Shown here in pieces: positions 1 through 13,384 of a stretch of 64,000 bases of DNA. The position numbers were made by a program, and so were the translations under genes. A model generated the notes under the pieces. The model saw only the letters and a program-made list of their open reading frames with translations, did not search any database and was not told where the DNA came from. The stretch is from Carcharhinus longimanus (Eukaryota). Position 1 is the first letter of the stretch, and each line of letters begins with the position of its first letter. Location: contig JASCQW010000061.1 in the NCBI GenBank assembly GCA_030264375.1, positions 106,416,995 through 106,480,994 of the forward strand, given 5' to 3'.

Positions 1-450
1 GAGGTGAGTAACTCACCATAGGTTCCTAGCCTCTAGCCTGCTCTTGTAGCAACCAGTTCAGATTTTGTCAATGGTAACTGCCAGAATGTTGATCATGGGG
101 GACTCATTGATGGTAATGTCATTGAATGTCAAGGAGTGATGGTTAGATTCTCTCCTGTTGGAGATAGTCATTGCTAGTGCTTGTGTGGCACGAATGTTAC
201 TTCCCGCTTGTCAGCCCAAGCCTGGATATTGTTCAGGTCTTCTTGCATTTGGACATGGATGGCTTCAGTATCTGAGGAATTGCAAATGATGCTGAACATT
301 GTGCAATCATCAGCAAACATCCCCACTTCTGACCTTATGGTGGAAGGGAGGTCATTAATAAGCAACTGAAGATGGTTGGGCTTGGGATATTATCACTAGG
401 AACTCCTGCAATGACATCCTGGAGCTGAGATGACTCACCTCCAACAAATA
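1..450 (-). mobile_element. CR1/L2-group LINE, reverse transcriptase fragment
   Basis: ORF 174-365(-) INDLPSTIRSEVGMFADDCTMF contains the RT catalytic FADD motif; same family as 4310-4421, 6484-7130 and 50600-51000. Confidence 0.8.
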
Positions 451-959
451 TTCTTGGGGTGGGAGAGTCTATGAAAATTCTGGCCAAAAATTTATTGTGA
501 CACAAAGAAGGCTATTCACCCATTAATTCCATGCTGGCATTCTGCTCAGCAGACCAAAGAGTTCCAACTCCCACCCCCCTGTTCTGTTCCCTCTTGAAAT
601 CCCACATAATCTTTGCTTCCACCACCGTTTAGGTAGTGATTTACAGGTCATTACCACTCACTGCATGAATATGTTCTTTTTCACATCCCCTTGTGTACCT
701 CTTGCAACTGTGTCCAAGGTTGGGTTATCCATGTAGGGTGGCAGCCGGGTGGGAGCAGGCTGGAAGGCAGCAGGAAGATCAGCCAGGAAATCTCACAGTT
801 CCTCTGGCTTCTGCCCATGAAGTATTCTAGCCTTGCCTGGCACCTCTTAAGCATATGTCACTTTTTTGTCCCTAAAGGGATCCACAGTGTTTCTTACTAA
901 TTGTTTACTATTTTACATGCCAGTGGAAGATTTTTGGGTTCCCTTTTATATTAAGTTAT

Positions 960-1280
960 GAATGCCTTGATGTTTGTGAGGAAGTTAGATGTAGTGGCTG
1001 TAACGGAGACGTGGTTACGTGAAGGGCAGGACTGGCAGCTGAATGTTCCTGGGTATAAGTGTTTTAGGTGNNNNNNNNNNNNNNNNNNNNNNNNNNNNNN
1101 NNNNNNNNNNNNNNNNNNNNNNNNNNNNNNNNNNNNNNNNNNNNNNNNNNNNNNNNNNNNNNNNNNNNNNTTCGTAGACACGCAGGGTAGAATAGGTGTA
1201 GGAGGATGCGGCGGCGCGGGCTCGTTGGACCGAAGGGCCTGTTTCCCGTGCTGGGTTGTTCTTTGTTCTTTTCTTTGTTG
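960..1280 (+). mobile_element. CR1 LINE pieces flanking a gap (APE endonuclease start and 3' tail)
   Basis: LDVVAVTETWLREGQDWQLNVPGYKCFR is a CR1 ORF2 endonuclease motif; after the gap comes the CR1-type tail ggaccgaagggcctgtttcccgtgctg...ttctttgttct. Confidence 0.8.
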
Positions 1281-1419
1281 ATTGTTACCATGGGAATGTA
1301 ACTTGTCTTGCCTATACAACAGTGCTAAATATAGTTGACCAAATTATCGTTTTCCAATGTCTCACCTCTGTCAAGCCATTCCATAGGCATCCCTTGATGA
1401 TTCAATTGCTATAATAAAA

Positions 1420-1600
1420 TAAAAGCAAATTACTGCAGATGTTGGAATCTGAAACAAAAATAGAAAATGCTGGAAATTTTCAGCAGGTCTGACAGCATCT
1501 GTGGAGAGAGAACAGAACCAATATTTTGTGTCTGGATGACTCTTGATGAAGACATACTGTCAGACCTGCTGAGATTTTCCAGCATTTTCTGTTTTGTTTG
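1420..1600. mobile_element. Penelope-like element terminus in inverted (hairpin) arrangement, family B
   Basis: Arms 1452-1495 and 1557-1599 are near reverse complements (agaaaatgctggaaattttcagcaggtctgacag / ctgtcagacctgctgagattttccagcattttct); related copies at 5793-5910, 62013-62115, 62820-62920. Confidence 0.65.
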
Positions 1601-1659
1601 AGAAGGAAAATTCTATTTGAACTTGCCCTCACCAATCTACCCTTGAGCAGTTGGCATCG

Positions 1660-2560
1660 TGGAAATGTCACTGGAGTAGTCATCCAGAGGTCCAGGCTAA
1701 TGCCACATTGCTCTGGCAATATGGATTCAGATCCTACCATAGCAGTTGGTAGAATTTAAATTCAATAAATAAATCTGAAATTAAATGCTAGTCTCAGTAA
1801 TGGTGGCCATAAGATGATGGTAGATTGTTGCAAAAGGTTTAAAGTTTATTTTATTAGTGTCACAAATAGGCTTCCTTCAACACTGCAATTAAGTTATTGT
1901 GAAAATTCCCAAACCCATCTGGTTAACTAATTCCCTTTAGAGAAGGAAATTTGCCATGATCTGGCCTATATATGACAGCAATGTGGTTGACTCTCAAATG
2001 CCCTCCAAAATCAATTGCTGCAGAATAGTTGGTAAAGAGTGAAACTAGATCGACTACCTGGCATTGAGCAAGGCACCAGAAATAATAATGACAAACCCAG
2101 CCCTGTTGACCCTATCCTTCTTATTGATATCTGGATAGTGCCAAAATTGGGAGAGCTATCTTGCAAACTAGTGAAGCAACAGCCTGACATAACCATATTC
2201 ATGGAATCATACCTCACAATGTCCCAGACACCATCATCACCATCTCAGGCTATGTTCTGTCCCACCAACAGGACAGATCCAGCAGAGCTGATGGCACTGT
2301 GGTATAGAGTTGGGAGTGAGTTGACCTCAGAGTCATCAACACTGACTCTGGACCCCAAGAAATTTCATGTTAAACAGTGGCAAGGAAACTTCTTGCTGAT
2401 TATCACTTACTAATGGCCCTCAGCTGATGAATCAATATACCTCTGTGTTCAACACTACTTGGAGGAAGCATTGAGGGTGGCAAGGGCACAAAGTGTGCAC
2501 TAGGCAGGGATTTCAATGTCCTTCACCTCGAGTTGCTCAGTAACACCACCACTAACTTCA
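1660..2560 (+). mobile_element. CR1/L2-group LINE 5' region and endonuclease remnant
   Basis: ORF 2039-2413 LGELSCKLVKQQPDITIFMESYL is APE-like; GDFNV-like ggggatttcaatgtc near 2507; interrupted by a SINE tail at 1836-1910. Confidence 0.6.
1836..1910 (-). mobile_element. SINE subfamily B tail fragment
   Basis: tttattagtgtcacaaataggc...aacactgcaattaagttattgtgaaaattccc matches the tails at 9330, 22958 and 37878. Confidence 0.7.
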
Positions 2561-3536
2561 GGTAGTTAGATGGATGACTGCTAGAAGGGGCAGGCAGACA
2601 CTGCAGGAATCCCCTGTGGTCATCCCCCTCTCTAACCAGTATACTGTTTTGGATATTGTTGTCGGGGGATAATCTATCGGAGGATAACAGCAGCAGCGGC
2701 AGTGGCACCATGGCTAGGTCTGTTGTTAAGCAGCGAGGGAGAAAGAGCACTAGAGCAATAGTTATAAGGGATTCCTATGGACATTGTCTCCCTGGTGCCA
2801 GGGCCCAGATGTCTCTGAACATGCAGAAAGCATTCTGAAGGAAGAGAATGAACAACCAGAGCTCGTGGTACATATTGGTACCAACGACATAGGTAGGAAG
2901 AATGATGAGATCCTCCAGCAGCAATTTAGGGAGTTAGATAGAAAATTAAAAAGCAACTTGGGTTGTACTCTCAGATTACTCCCTGTGGCACATGCTAGCA
3001 AGGCTAGGAATAGGAAGATAGTGCAGCTTAACATGTGGCTAAACAGCTGGTGTAGGAGGGAGGGTTTGAGATATCTGGACCATTGGGGTCTCTTCTGGGG
3101 CAGATGGGACCTGTACAAGAAGAACGGGTTGCATCTAAACTGGAAGGGCATAACTAATCTGGCAGGGAGGTTTGCTAGTGTCACACGGGAGGATTTAAAC
3201 TAGTTTGGCAGGGGGGTGGGACCCATAGCAAAGGTGAATTAGCTGAAGGGGAACGAGAGAGTAGGGCCAGTATGACTCAGAGGAACAGCAGGCAGGATGA
3301 GATTGCTAATCAGAGAGGGTCTGGTAGACTGAAGTGCATTTGTTTCAATGTGAGAAGTATAACAGATGAACTTTGAGCTTGGATTAGAACTAGGAACTGT
3401 GATGTTGTTGCCATTACAGAGACTAGGTTAAGGGGAAGACAGGATTGGCAGCTTAATATTCTAGGATGCAGATGTTCCAGGCAGGATAGAGGGGGATGTA
3501 AAAGGGTTGGGAGAATTGCACTACTGGTTAAGGAGA
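2560..3536 (+). mobile_element. CR1 LINE: ORF1 SGNH esterase domain and start of ORF2 endonuclease (decayed)
   Basis: ORF 2784-3203 ELVVHIGTNDIGRK...DLYKKNGLHLN has SGNH block III and V motifs; DVVAITET at ~3400. Confidence 0.9.
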
Positions 3537-3829
3537 NNNNNNNNNNNNNNNNNNNNNNNNNNNNNNNNNNNNNNNNNNNNNNNNNNNNNNNNNNNNNNNN
3601 NNNNNNNNNNNNNNNNNNNNNNNNNNNNNNNNNNNNACTATTACAACTCAGAATGAGTTAACAATGGAGTGGAAGAGTGGAAGAGTGCAGAAATAATGCA
3701 ACTTGTTCTCATTTTTGGCAGATGAGATGTGCACATGGGTCTCAACACCTAAAAGTAAAATGTAAAAACATCATAAAATATGATAGGTTATGAAAAAAAT
3801 CAGACTTGGAGGGTGAATCTTAAGATCAT

Positions 3830-3945
3830 GGCCAGAACTCTACTAACACAGAATCGGGCTGGGCAAGGGTCTGACAACGAAATCTCTGTTGACATCGGGC
3901 GGGAATTTCCGGTCTTGCACAAGAGAGGCAATAAAATCCCACCCA
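3830..3945. mobile_element. Short MITE (Harbinger-type ends)
   Basis: Ends ggccagaactct / taaaatcccacc; the reverse complement aligns loosely with 33373-33497. Confidence 0.45.
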
Positions 3946-4309
3946 ATATTTGCTAATTAGATTTCTGATACACTATGAAACTATCTCACTCTTCAGAATC
4001 TATTGGCATTCAGTATTTGTTTAGGCACATTTTTAGAAAGAAGGAGTTTGCATTTTATAGCATCTTATCACATCCTCAAAACGAGTTTTACAATGAATTT
4101 GGTTTTGATTGCAGTTGTGGGAGCAATGGGCTCTCCAGCATCACATTTAAGTGACCATTCCATACATTTGAGCATAGACAGTGAGTGTTAGCAGGTTACT
4201 TGCAGGGCCTGTACTGGGCATCCAAATTGATCCCAATGATGTTTTTATTCCGTATCTCCAATGGTCAGTGCATGCTCTCGGGTGAAAAAAAAACCCTGGT
4301 CAAATTCTC

Positions 4310-4421
4310 CATTGAAGGAGTCCTTCAGGGTAGTGTTCTGGGCTTAATAATCTTCAACTCCTTCACCAATGACCTTCCTTCCATTATAAAATCAGAAGTT
4401 GGCTGCTGATTATAGCATGTT
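4310..4421 (+). mobile_element. CR1/L2-group RT fragment (left half of a split element)
   Basis: GVLQGSVLGLIIFNSFTNDLPSIIKSEVG, RT motif B leading into C. Confidence 0.8.
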
Positions 4422-4866
4422 GGTTTGAGTTTCTAAGGAGAACTGGATAGACTGGGACTTTTTTCTCTGCAGCATAGAAGGGTGAGAGGTGATCTCATAG
4501 AGGTCTACAAAATAATGAAGGACACAATCAGCTTGAGAGTCAATATCTTTTCCCAAAGGTAGGGGAGTCTAAAACTGGAGGCCATAGGTTTAAGGTGAGA
4601 GGGGAGAGATACAAAAGTGTCCAGAGGGGCAATTTTTTCACACAGAGAGCGGTGAGTGTCTGGAACAAACTGCTAGAGGTAGTAGTAGAGGCAGGTACAA
4701 TTTTGTCTTTTAAAAAGCATTTAGATAGTTACATGGCTAAGATGGGTATAGAGAGATATGGGCCAAATGCAGGTAATTGGGATTAGCTTAGGGGTTTTAA
4801 AACAAAGGGCGGCATCGACAAGTTGGGTCGAAGAGCCTGTTTCCATGCTGTGAACCTCTATGACTC
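4422..4866 (+). mobile_element. CR1 3' end
   Basis: RGNFFTQRAVSVWNKL...FKKHLD is the CR1 ORF2 C-terminus; tail ctctatgactc. Confidence 0.9.
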
Positions 4867-5911
4867 GCACCTGTCCCATCTTCATCCCACTAATATCTTA
4901 CAACAGTGAAGGTGAAATTTATCCTTGTTTTGAAGATACATTTTTTGCATAATTTTGTTAATTATAAGGTGAAGAAGAGGCTGGGCTGGAAAAGGCCCTT
5001 AAAGTGGCCATTAACTGGCCACCTAAAGGCCTTAATAGGTGAAAGGGTGTGTTTCTCGCCCAAAGTTCTGCCCACCTAACCATGAAATTGCATCTGGGTT
5101 GGGGCAGACAGGTTCCCAGGGGAAAATCATGTTCATTCAATTTTATGCCCCCACCCCCAGCCTCACCCACCTTGGAGAGAGTGTGAAATTCTGTCCATTG
5201 TGTTCCTTGTCAGTATTTCAATATAAGTTTATTCAGTGTTTGCGTTTTATAACAAGTTGTAAAGTAAACATTAACCTGTGCCGAGTTCTTGTTAAAACAG
5301 TTTGAGTACGATGTGAAACCACAAGCAAAAAATAGAAATAGAAAGTTCACACTGATGCAATAGGTGGTATCCTTCTGAATTTATAATTTAGGTACATTTC
5401 TGAGCTAGGGAAAGAGTAAAATTCAAGCTAATACTGACATTGTGCTGCCACATTTCTCAACTCAAAGTTGTACATAAATTTCGACATTAATGTGCTCATG
5501 TTCATGAGCAGAAAACTTTACTGAAAGGAGGCATGTGTTGTGTACTTGCTGTTTGTTGCCTTCCATTGAGGAATATGAAATGCAGCCATCATGAAACTGT
5601 GCATCTGAACATTCTGGTTCTGCTAGCATCTGGAAAGCAGCCTATATTCCAACAAAACCAAAATCTGAATTCCAAATTTTTAAGGTTATCAAGAGTTTGG
5701 AGAGGGTGCAGAAGGGATTTACTAGAATGATACCAGAGATGCAGGACTTTTAAGTGGAGAGGCGAGAGAAACTGGGTTTGTTCTTCTTGGGTAAAAGCAA
5801 AATACTGCGGATGCTGGAATCTGAAACAAAAACAGAAAATGCTGGAAAATCTCAATAGGTCTGTCAGCATCTATGGAGAGATAATAGAGCCAATGTTTTG
5901 AGTCAGGATGA

Positions 5912-6033
5912 TCATAGAATCATAGAACCCTACAGTGCAGAAAGAGGCCCTTCGGCCCATCAAGACTGCACCGAACACAATCCCACCCAGGCCCCACCCC
6001 CATATCCCCACACATTATACCCATTAATCCCTC
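5912..6033 (-). mobile_element. HE1-type V-SINE 3' tail
   Basis: catagaatcatagaaccctacagtgcagaaagaggcccttcggcccatc. Confidence 0.8.
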
Positions 6034-6256
6034 NNNNNNNNNNNNNNNNNNNNNNNNNNNNNNNNNNNNNNNNNNNNNNNNNNNNNNNNNNNNNNNNNNN
6101 NNNNNNNNNNNNNNNNNNNNNNNNNNNNNNNNNNNNNNNNNNNNNNNNNNNNNNNNNNNNNNNNNNNNNNNNNNNNNNNNNNNNNNNNNNNNNNNNNNNN
6201 NNNNNNNNNNNNNNNNNNNNNNNNNNNNNNNNNNNNNNNNNNNNNNNNNNNNNNNN

Positions 6257-6482
6257 CTGGAACAAACTGCTAGAGGTAGTAGTAGAGGCAGGTACAATTT
6301 TGTCTTTTAAAAAGCATTTAGATAGTTACATGGGTACGATGGGTATACAGGGATATGGGCCAAATTCAGGCAATTGGGATTAGCTTAGGGGTTTCAAAAA
6401 AAAAGGGCAGCATTGACAAGTTGGGCTGAAGGGCCTGTTTCCATGCTGTAAACCTCTATGACTCTATGGCTATGACTCTATT
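6257..6482 (+). mobile_element. CR1 3' end, close relative of 4660-4866
   Basis: Near-identical to 4660-4866; tail ctatgactctatggctatgactct. Confidence 0.9.
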
Positions 6483-6483
6483 C

Positions 6484-7130
6484 TTCAGTCCCATTCATAC
6501 TTCCTCAGATACTGAAGCAGTCCATGTTCACGAACAGCAAGACCTGGACAGCGTTCAGGTTTGGGCTGATAATATTTGCTCCAAAAAAGGGACAGCTAAT
6601 GACCAGGAATTAACTGGACCAAACACATAAATATGAGCTACAGCAACAGATCAGAGGTTGAGTTCTGACACCTCAAAGCCTTTTCACCATCTACAGGGCA
6701 TGTCAAGAGTATGACAGAACAGTTTTTACTTTCCTGGATGAATGTACCTCCAACAACACTCAAGAAGTTTGACACCATCCTGGACAAACCAGCCTGCTTC
6801 ATTGCCAAGCCATCTGCTACCTTAAACTTTCCCTGAATTGCCAGCACACAGTGGAAGCAGTGTTTACATCTACAGGATATACTGCAGCTAGACTCCTTTG
6901 ACAACACTTTCCCAACCTATGATCTTAACTACTTAGAAGAACAGCAGACTCATACCACTATCTGCAGGTGTTTCGTCATGTCACACACTGACATGGAAGT
7001 ATACTGCCATTCCTTCACTGTCATTGGGTAGACTGTAGCAGTTCAAGAAGGCACCTCATCTCCATCTTCCCAAGAGTATCAGAGATAGCTGATAAATGCT
7101 GACCTTGCCAATAACCTTGATGTTGCATAA
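6484..7130 (+). mobile_element. CR1/L2-group LINE 3' half
   Basis: SSDTEAVH continues the RT from 4421; 3' end gttcaagaaggca...ataaatgctgacc as at 50900-50970. Confidence 0.75.
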
Positions 7131-8259
7131 ACAGAGACAAAAAAGGTACNNNNNNNNNNNNNNNNNNNNNNNNNNNNNNNNNNNNNNNNNNNNNNNNNNN
7201 NNNNNNNNNNNNNNNNNNNNNNNNNNNNNNNNNNNNNNNNNNNNNNNNNGCCAAAAAAGTACTACCATCACACTCAATCAGTTTACTCATTTTACACTAA
7301 AGGTTGAAAGAGCAGTCTCAGTTTTTTTTCTTACGAAACAATGATGACAGAAATGGACAATTCATTGGTAATATGTTGGCAATTTTGAATAAGCATGTTG
7401 CTATTTTTGGGTATAGATGCACTCAGTAACCTATCAAACTCATATGACTCTTCCAAGGAATAGAAAGCAAATTCCCACAATATTTGGTTCGCTTTTTCCA
7501 TCTGCACAGCATTTACTTTTTTTACTCCCTGACATTCATGTCTTACACTCTGACATATCTTAAAAATGAACTCTCCAAGTCTTATTGTGTACTGGAGAAG
7601 ATCTATGAGTTACCTTTCCACAATTAACATTCTACAGACTGTTAGGAACAGGAATACAATCTCAGATAAACAGGTAAATTTAAATATAATCCACTAGGGA
7701 TGCAGGTTTAGCTAAATTTTATTCATTCTGCTTTGCTTCAAATTTCAGATTTAAAATTTTGCAGTGTGTCATTAGACCGTCACTACAATATTTAGATAGC
7801 CATCCAAGTTATTGCAGTTCAATATTTAATCATCCAGTTTCTGACATTTCACCTATGAGCATCTGTAGCAAGTTTGCAATTGGCTTAGTTTGCTTTGGCT
7901 AGGTTTGGTTCTTCACGTTATTAAAAAGAAAGTACAAATATCAAAACCCACTCATTTTAAGCCCTTCTCATATATAAAGTAATAAATGTGATACCAATTC
8001 ACATGCATTTAATATCTGAAGTAATCCAATTAGTATTGCAATAGGTAGTCTACAAGCAGTAGAAAATGAATGATAAATGGAGTCCTGTTTTATCCCTGGC
8101 CAGTCATAGTTTTACAGTTCTGCTTTACTGCTGATAGGTCAAGGGTTCTCACCTTCCCCCATTATAATTAACCTTATAATTTTCACATCCTTGATATGCC
8201 TATACCTTCACCTTAGGTTTGAACGATCAGTGAGACTGGCCGTTATTACATAGATCCCA

Positions 8260-8912
8260 GGCGGGTGATTGTCAGGACCTATTTGCTGCGGGTGCAAATC
8301 CTGTTCTGGTGGATAATTCTCGCGAGACTGCCATAACAGGATTTGCAATGGTGAGATCTTAATTTGAGATCTCCCTTGTCCCCCACAGGCGACATTATCA
8401 GGTTCACGCCCAGAAACAATTTGAACCTGATTTCCATGAATTTAAAGGATTATAACAGAGTTATAATTAATACCATTTCAGGACTGTTCGATGCTCGCCC
8501 CCAATGATGTAATGTCAACACTGGTTTTCAAAGACGAGGTCAGTATAGCCCCCAGCTGATGACAGATATGGCAGGGCAGAGCCCTGGCACTCTGGAATTG
8601 CCAACCTGGCAGAGCCAATCTGGTGTTGCCAATCTGTTCCAGTTTTTCAGTGATAATGGGGAGGTTGTCCCTCTAAGTGCAAGAGTTGGAGGTGTTCCCT
8701 GTGTCCAAAGTGGTGTCTCAATGTTCTTGGGAGGATCTCGATGACCCTATAAAAATGACGCCCCAATGAGTTTAGGCCCCAGCTGGCTCTGTGATCCTCG
8801 CCAACACTTTAAAATTGCAGAGTGCTGTTTGATCAGACTAGAAATTCAGCAGGTTTCACACAGCCTTTCTTGCCTGCTTCAGCACTCTGCAATTTTTGGA
8901 AAATTCCACCCC
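8260..8912. mobile_element. Harbinger-type MITE
   Basis: GC-rich body with tggca/tgcca motifs; right end ggaaaattccaccc resembles other MITE ends here. Confidence 0.5.
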
Positions 8913-9329
8913 AGTTAAACAGTGGGAAATTAACTTTAAATAAATTCACTGACAAATCTAGAAAAGGTGGAGTCACATTATGTTGTTGTTACTCTCAAAA
9001 TATTGAAACTTGCTCTTTCCTATTGGCAAATTATCATAGTGGATGGAAGGGTATCATCTCATCTGGACTGAAAATATTGCTTTGAATTAGAAAGAAGGTG
9101 ATGGAATTAAGTGAGGAACTATTTTCAATATCAAATATTGTATGTCCAGAAGGATTATGTAAAGAAAACATTTTCAATGTCTGCACTAACACTGAAAATG
9201 CCTGTGGACTACTACCATTTTGGGTTTCTGATCAGAGAACTCAAGATCATACGTCATTTTTGATGATTATATCATGCACTGCCAATCATCAGTGACTCGA
9301 GATCAGTGCTCTGCTCGGCTTTGGATGTT

Positions 9330-9582
9330 TTAAAAACTTATTTATTCTTGTCACAAGTAGGCTTACATTAACATTGCAATGAAATTACAGTGAAAGCCCC
9401 CTATTCACCACACTCCGATGTCTGTTCATGTACACTGAGGGAGAATTTAGCACGTGTTTTGGATTGTGGGAGGAAACCCACAGACACGGGGAGAACGTGC
9501 AGACTCCACAGACAGTGACCCAAGCTAGGAATCCAACCTGGTGCTGAGAGGCAGTGGTGCTAACTACAGTGCCACTATGGTG
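9330..9582 (-). mobile_element. V-SINE subfamily B
   Basis: tRNA-like head (gcagtggtgctaactacagtgccact), V-domain (gaaacccacagacacggggagaacgtgcagactccac), B-type tail. Confidence 0.85.
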
Positions 9583-10870
9583 TTCCAAGATCTTTTGCTC
9601 ATTCTGTGTTGGTTTATGGCTACAACAATTTTTCATGCTACCATAGTGGCACATATATTGTAGTAGCAATAGGCAAAATATAAATGAAGAGGTTATTGTC
9701 TGAACTCTAACCACGACAAAGTTAGTAGAAGTTAAAAATTTCTTGAAGCTACAACAATGTTGAGGCACAATTGCAACCAATCTCAATGTTTTAACCAGTG
9801 CACATGACATCTGCCACTAAGCCTTCTTTTGGATGATATTACCGATCAGTTTTAATGCACTTCTGAATAAAAAGAGTATGTTTCCTAGGGTGACATTCTT
9901 CTTTAGATCTTTAAAGGTCTGGAGATCCCTCTACCTTTAGTCTATAGTAATTTATTTTCATGATGTTGCACATGAAGATAGATGCAGGGTATTGTAATAT
10001 ATGATGCAATAGGTTATGACTCTATCTGCATTTCAAAAAAAAAGTCTAGCCCAAGGAGGAACAAGTTTAAAGTATAAAAATATATCCACAGGATGGGATA
10101 AAACTATCAGCCAGTGTGTTTTCCTGTTTGGTTTTAATCTACATTTAATTAAATTCTTATCTTTGGTGTGCTTGTGGCAGCATTTGAATGGAAAGATTGA
10201 ATTTATTAGGAATGGTGTAACTAAACTCTGAGAATATTGTGTACAGCCTCCTGGAAATCTAGAGAAATTCTTCACTGCACAAGCATTTTGCAGTCTATTT
10301 TTCTCAAAATTCAAATACGTAAATAATAACAGGGAATGTCGTAATGACCAGACCTCAATTTAGAAGATGCCTCATTTATTGTTTTAATCCAAGTCCCAAT
10401 ATTAATTTACTAATGTGATTGGATCCCGCGTTCATTATTCTAATCTGCTTCAGTACCTTTTTATCGCCTCACGACCAAAGGGGGAGGAAAGTTTTTCTGA
10501 TCAATTTGGTGCTGACTTTCACATTAGACGTGCTTTGAACTTTCTCATTCTGCCCGAGAGAAGTTGTGCTGCAGACATGAATCTTCTATGATTCACTGCT
10601 TACATTTAAATAGGAAAAGACCCTGGCTGCTATTCTTCCGAAATGGGACTAAGTGCCCACAAAAGCAGGAAAGCCGGAGGGTTTTCTATTGGTGCTACCA
10701 CTGATCTGCACTCACAGTTCAGAATACGTTAATGAGCCAGTTCTCCCTCCACAGACTCTCTGATGCCTGGCGCCTGATTCGCTGTAGTCGGCATTCAGCT
10801 GTTAGCCCTCTACAAGTGGGACCAGTATTTCATCGTTCCCTTCAGCAGCACTCTCACTTCAGCCAGCAAT

Positions 10871-13035
10871 ATGGCTGGGAAGTGGCACCCCCTCACCCCC
10901 CTGTTCCTAGCATCGGAGGTGGAGAGGATGCTCGAAGCTTTGGAGGAGAGGAGGACCACTGTCTTCCCATGAATTCAGTAAAAAGTCTGACAACACCAGG
11001 TTTTAGTCCAACCTATTTATTTGATAATATTCTCACAAGCTTTCGAGGNNNNNNNNNNNNNNNNNNNNNNNNNNNNNNNNNNNNNNNNNNNNNNNNNNNN
11101 NNNNNNNNNNNNNNNNNNNNNNNNNNNNNNNNNNNNNNNNNNNNNNNNAACCTGGTGTTGTCAGACTTTTTACTGTGTTTACGCCAGTCCAACGCCGGCA
11201 TACCCACATCATGACTACTATCGATTCCCATGAGTTGGCAGGAGGCTGCCTTCAACCATGGTAATGAAGGCATGGTAAGCAGTGACTGAGGCAGTCAGTG
11301 CAAGGATTTTACTAACAGGCATGCAATACCGAAAGAACTTGAACCCGATCAGGTCAGCAAGGATGAATGCTTACTCCCCTACCCCTAGCATTATGCATGT
11401 CCCTAACCTCTGCCATCTCACCCTAAACCTCCTCAATTGCACCACACCACCTTCTAACATTGTTACACAGAATTCCCACTTGATCGCCATCCCCACACCA
11501 CAGTCCAAATCACAAGCCTAATTGGCCTGGCCCCATGCCCACACATACCACTAGCTATCAGTCTCCATCGTGGTCAGATCGCCCTCTTATTATATCCTCA
11601 TTGGTAAAGATTATCTTCAAAGAAAGGGAGTGGGCAAAGACAAGGCAAGGGCAACCCTGAGATACAAGTCCCCCCCCGCACCCCCCCCCCCCACCCCCCC
11701 GAGGAGAGGGCCATGGAAATTACATGAACCGGGAGTGAGCTGTCACTGACTGCAAGATCGGCAGGCCCTGTGCAAGTAAGAGTCCAAAGCACCATGATCC
11801 AGATGAGCCATCTCAAGTGAGTTTATCATCCCCCACACACATGACATCTCCAACAGCTGACTCCATGTTCCGGTTTGCAGGATCTCCATCGGATGTGGCT
11901 GGACCATCTGGGGTTGCATCCCACTGTGCCAGCGTGCTTCAGGGAGTACACAGACATACCATCACTGCATTCGCCAGCACCAAGCACCAACGCAGAGACG
12001 CTCACCTTGGTGGGAATTTTCTATGGACTCTCTCTGGTGAGCATCACACTGTTGCTATTACACATTGAGTGGAAGCTGGAACATCCAAGGGAATGGCCAA
12101 TCACAGCGCTGATGGCTCCTTGGGAACTCCTGGCCCCCAAGGCAGATTCGGGCCTCTGGAAAAGTTCATCCCAGTCATAGTCAATATGCAAAAGTAGATC
12201 CAGGCTTTGCAGGGGTGGTGTCAGTGACCTTCCATCAGATGCAGGCACAACTGGAGGTGTCCAGTAGCCTAGCCTCACAGGAGAGGATGCCGACACTGAC
12301 TGGTACCCAGGCCAACATCACAAGTGTGGCGTCTGCAGTAGAAAGCCTGGGCCAAGATGTCTGTACCATGACTGATGATTTCCGTGGCATGGCCTACTCA
12401 ATGATATCCATGGCTGCGCCTCTGGGCACCTGTGCCCAGTTGCACATGGACATGTCGCTGGCATTGAGGGAGATTGCTGATGCACATCAGAGCTTGGCCA
12501 ATCACACAGGCCCATGACTGAGGGTATCGACAGAATAGTCCAATCACAGAGGGACATGTGTGAGTCACTGAGGGCCATAGCTGAGGGCATTGGAAACCAT
12601 GGTGCAAACAATGGAGGGCCTCCAGGTACTGCCAGATGATGGAGAGGCTTCTGGAGCTCATTACAGCTACTCCTCCATCCAAGGAGTGACTCAGGGGCCA
12701 ATGATCACCCCAAGGAAAGAGGAAGTGCTGAAGCCCAGTCCTGGGCCTTCAACCACGAAGACTCAGGCTGTTACCAGTCCTTCTGAATACCCCCTTCCTG
12801 ATAGTGACTTTTCTCCTGGGCAGCGGATAGAACAGGGTGGTATATTGTGACACCCAAACATTGGCCAGGCCACTCCAGGTCCAGGACATGCAGTGGATGC
12901 CTGCCAAGGGCCCCACAGGCCAGAGGGTACAGTCACCAACAGTTAGCCTCCACCCCCAATGTGCAATCTGGAGACACACACAGGAATGGAGGGAATGAAA
13001 GAAGCAGAAGAGGACCACTCAGTAGGCACAGGTGA
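10871..13035 (+). pseudogene. Harbinger Myb/SANT-like DNA-binding protein pseudogene (about 3 exons)
   Basis: LEALEERRTTVFP-VGRRLPSTMVMKAW-AVTEAVSAR...QYRKNLN..RSAR (trihelix/MSANT pattern); exon 2 EREWAKT...EERAMEI; acceptor tttgcag at 11880; coiled-coil-like ORF 12215-12517; AATAAA at 13088; multiple stops and frameshifts. Confidence 0.75.
10973..11224. mobile_element. Penelope-like inverted terminus, family A, with 9-bp TSD
   Basis: agtaaaaagtctgacaacaccaggtt / aacctggtgttgtcagactttttact inverted across a gap; TTCCCATGA at 10964-10972 and 11225-11233. Confidence 0.75.
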
Positions 13036-13384
13036 AGTTTCACACTTGTACTTAGGGAGAAGGGGACACCACTTATACATACTAACTAATAAACATATGT
13101 CACCTCCATACCAACTGGCCTTACAATATTACATCTGTCCCTTAAGGGGAGGGGAACCAGGGAGGGGGACTATGTCGAATACTTGGACCTCTGATCTTCC
13201 CACATGGCCTCCAAACCCATTCCTATTTGGGGGTAGTTGATAGCAGCAGTGTTGCTAACCCACATTGGCAACATCACCAGTCCAGGACCTCGAGGATCTG
13301 ACCTTTGAGCTTCCCTCTGACCAACCCCTTACTGTTGTGTGAAATCAAGGTCAACCCCTCGTTCCAACTCTTTGCTCCCCCTTA

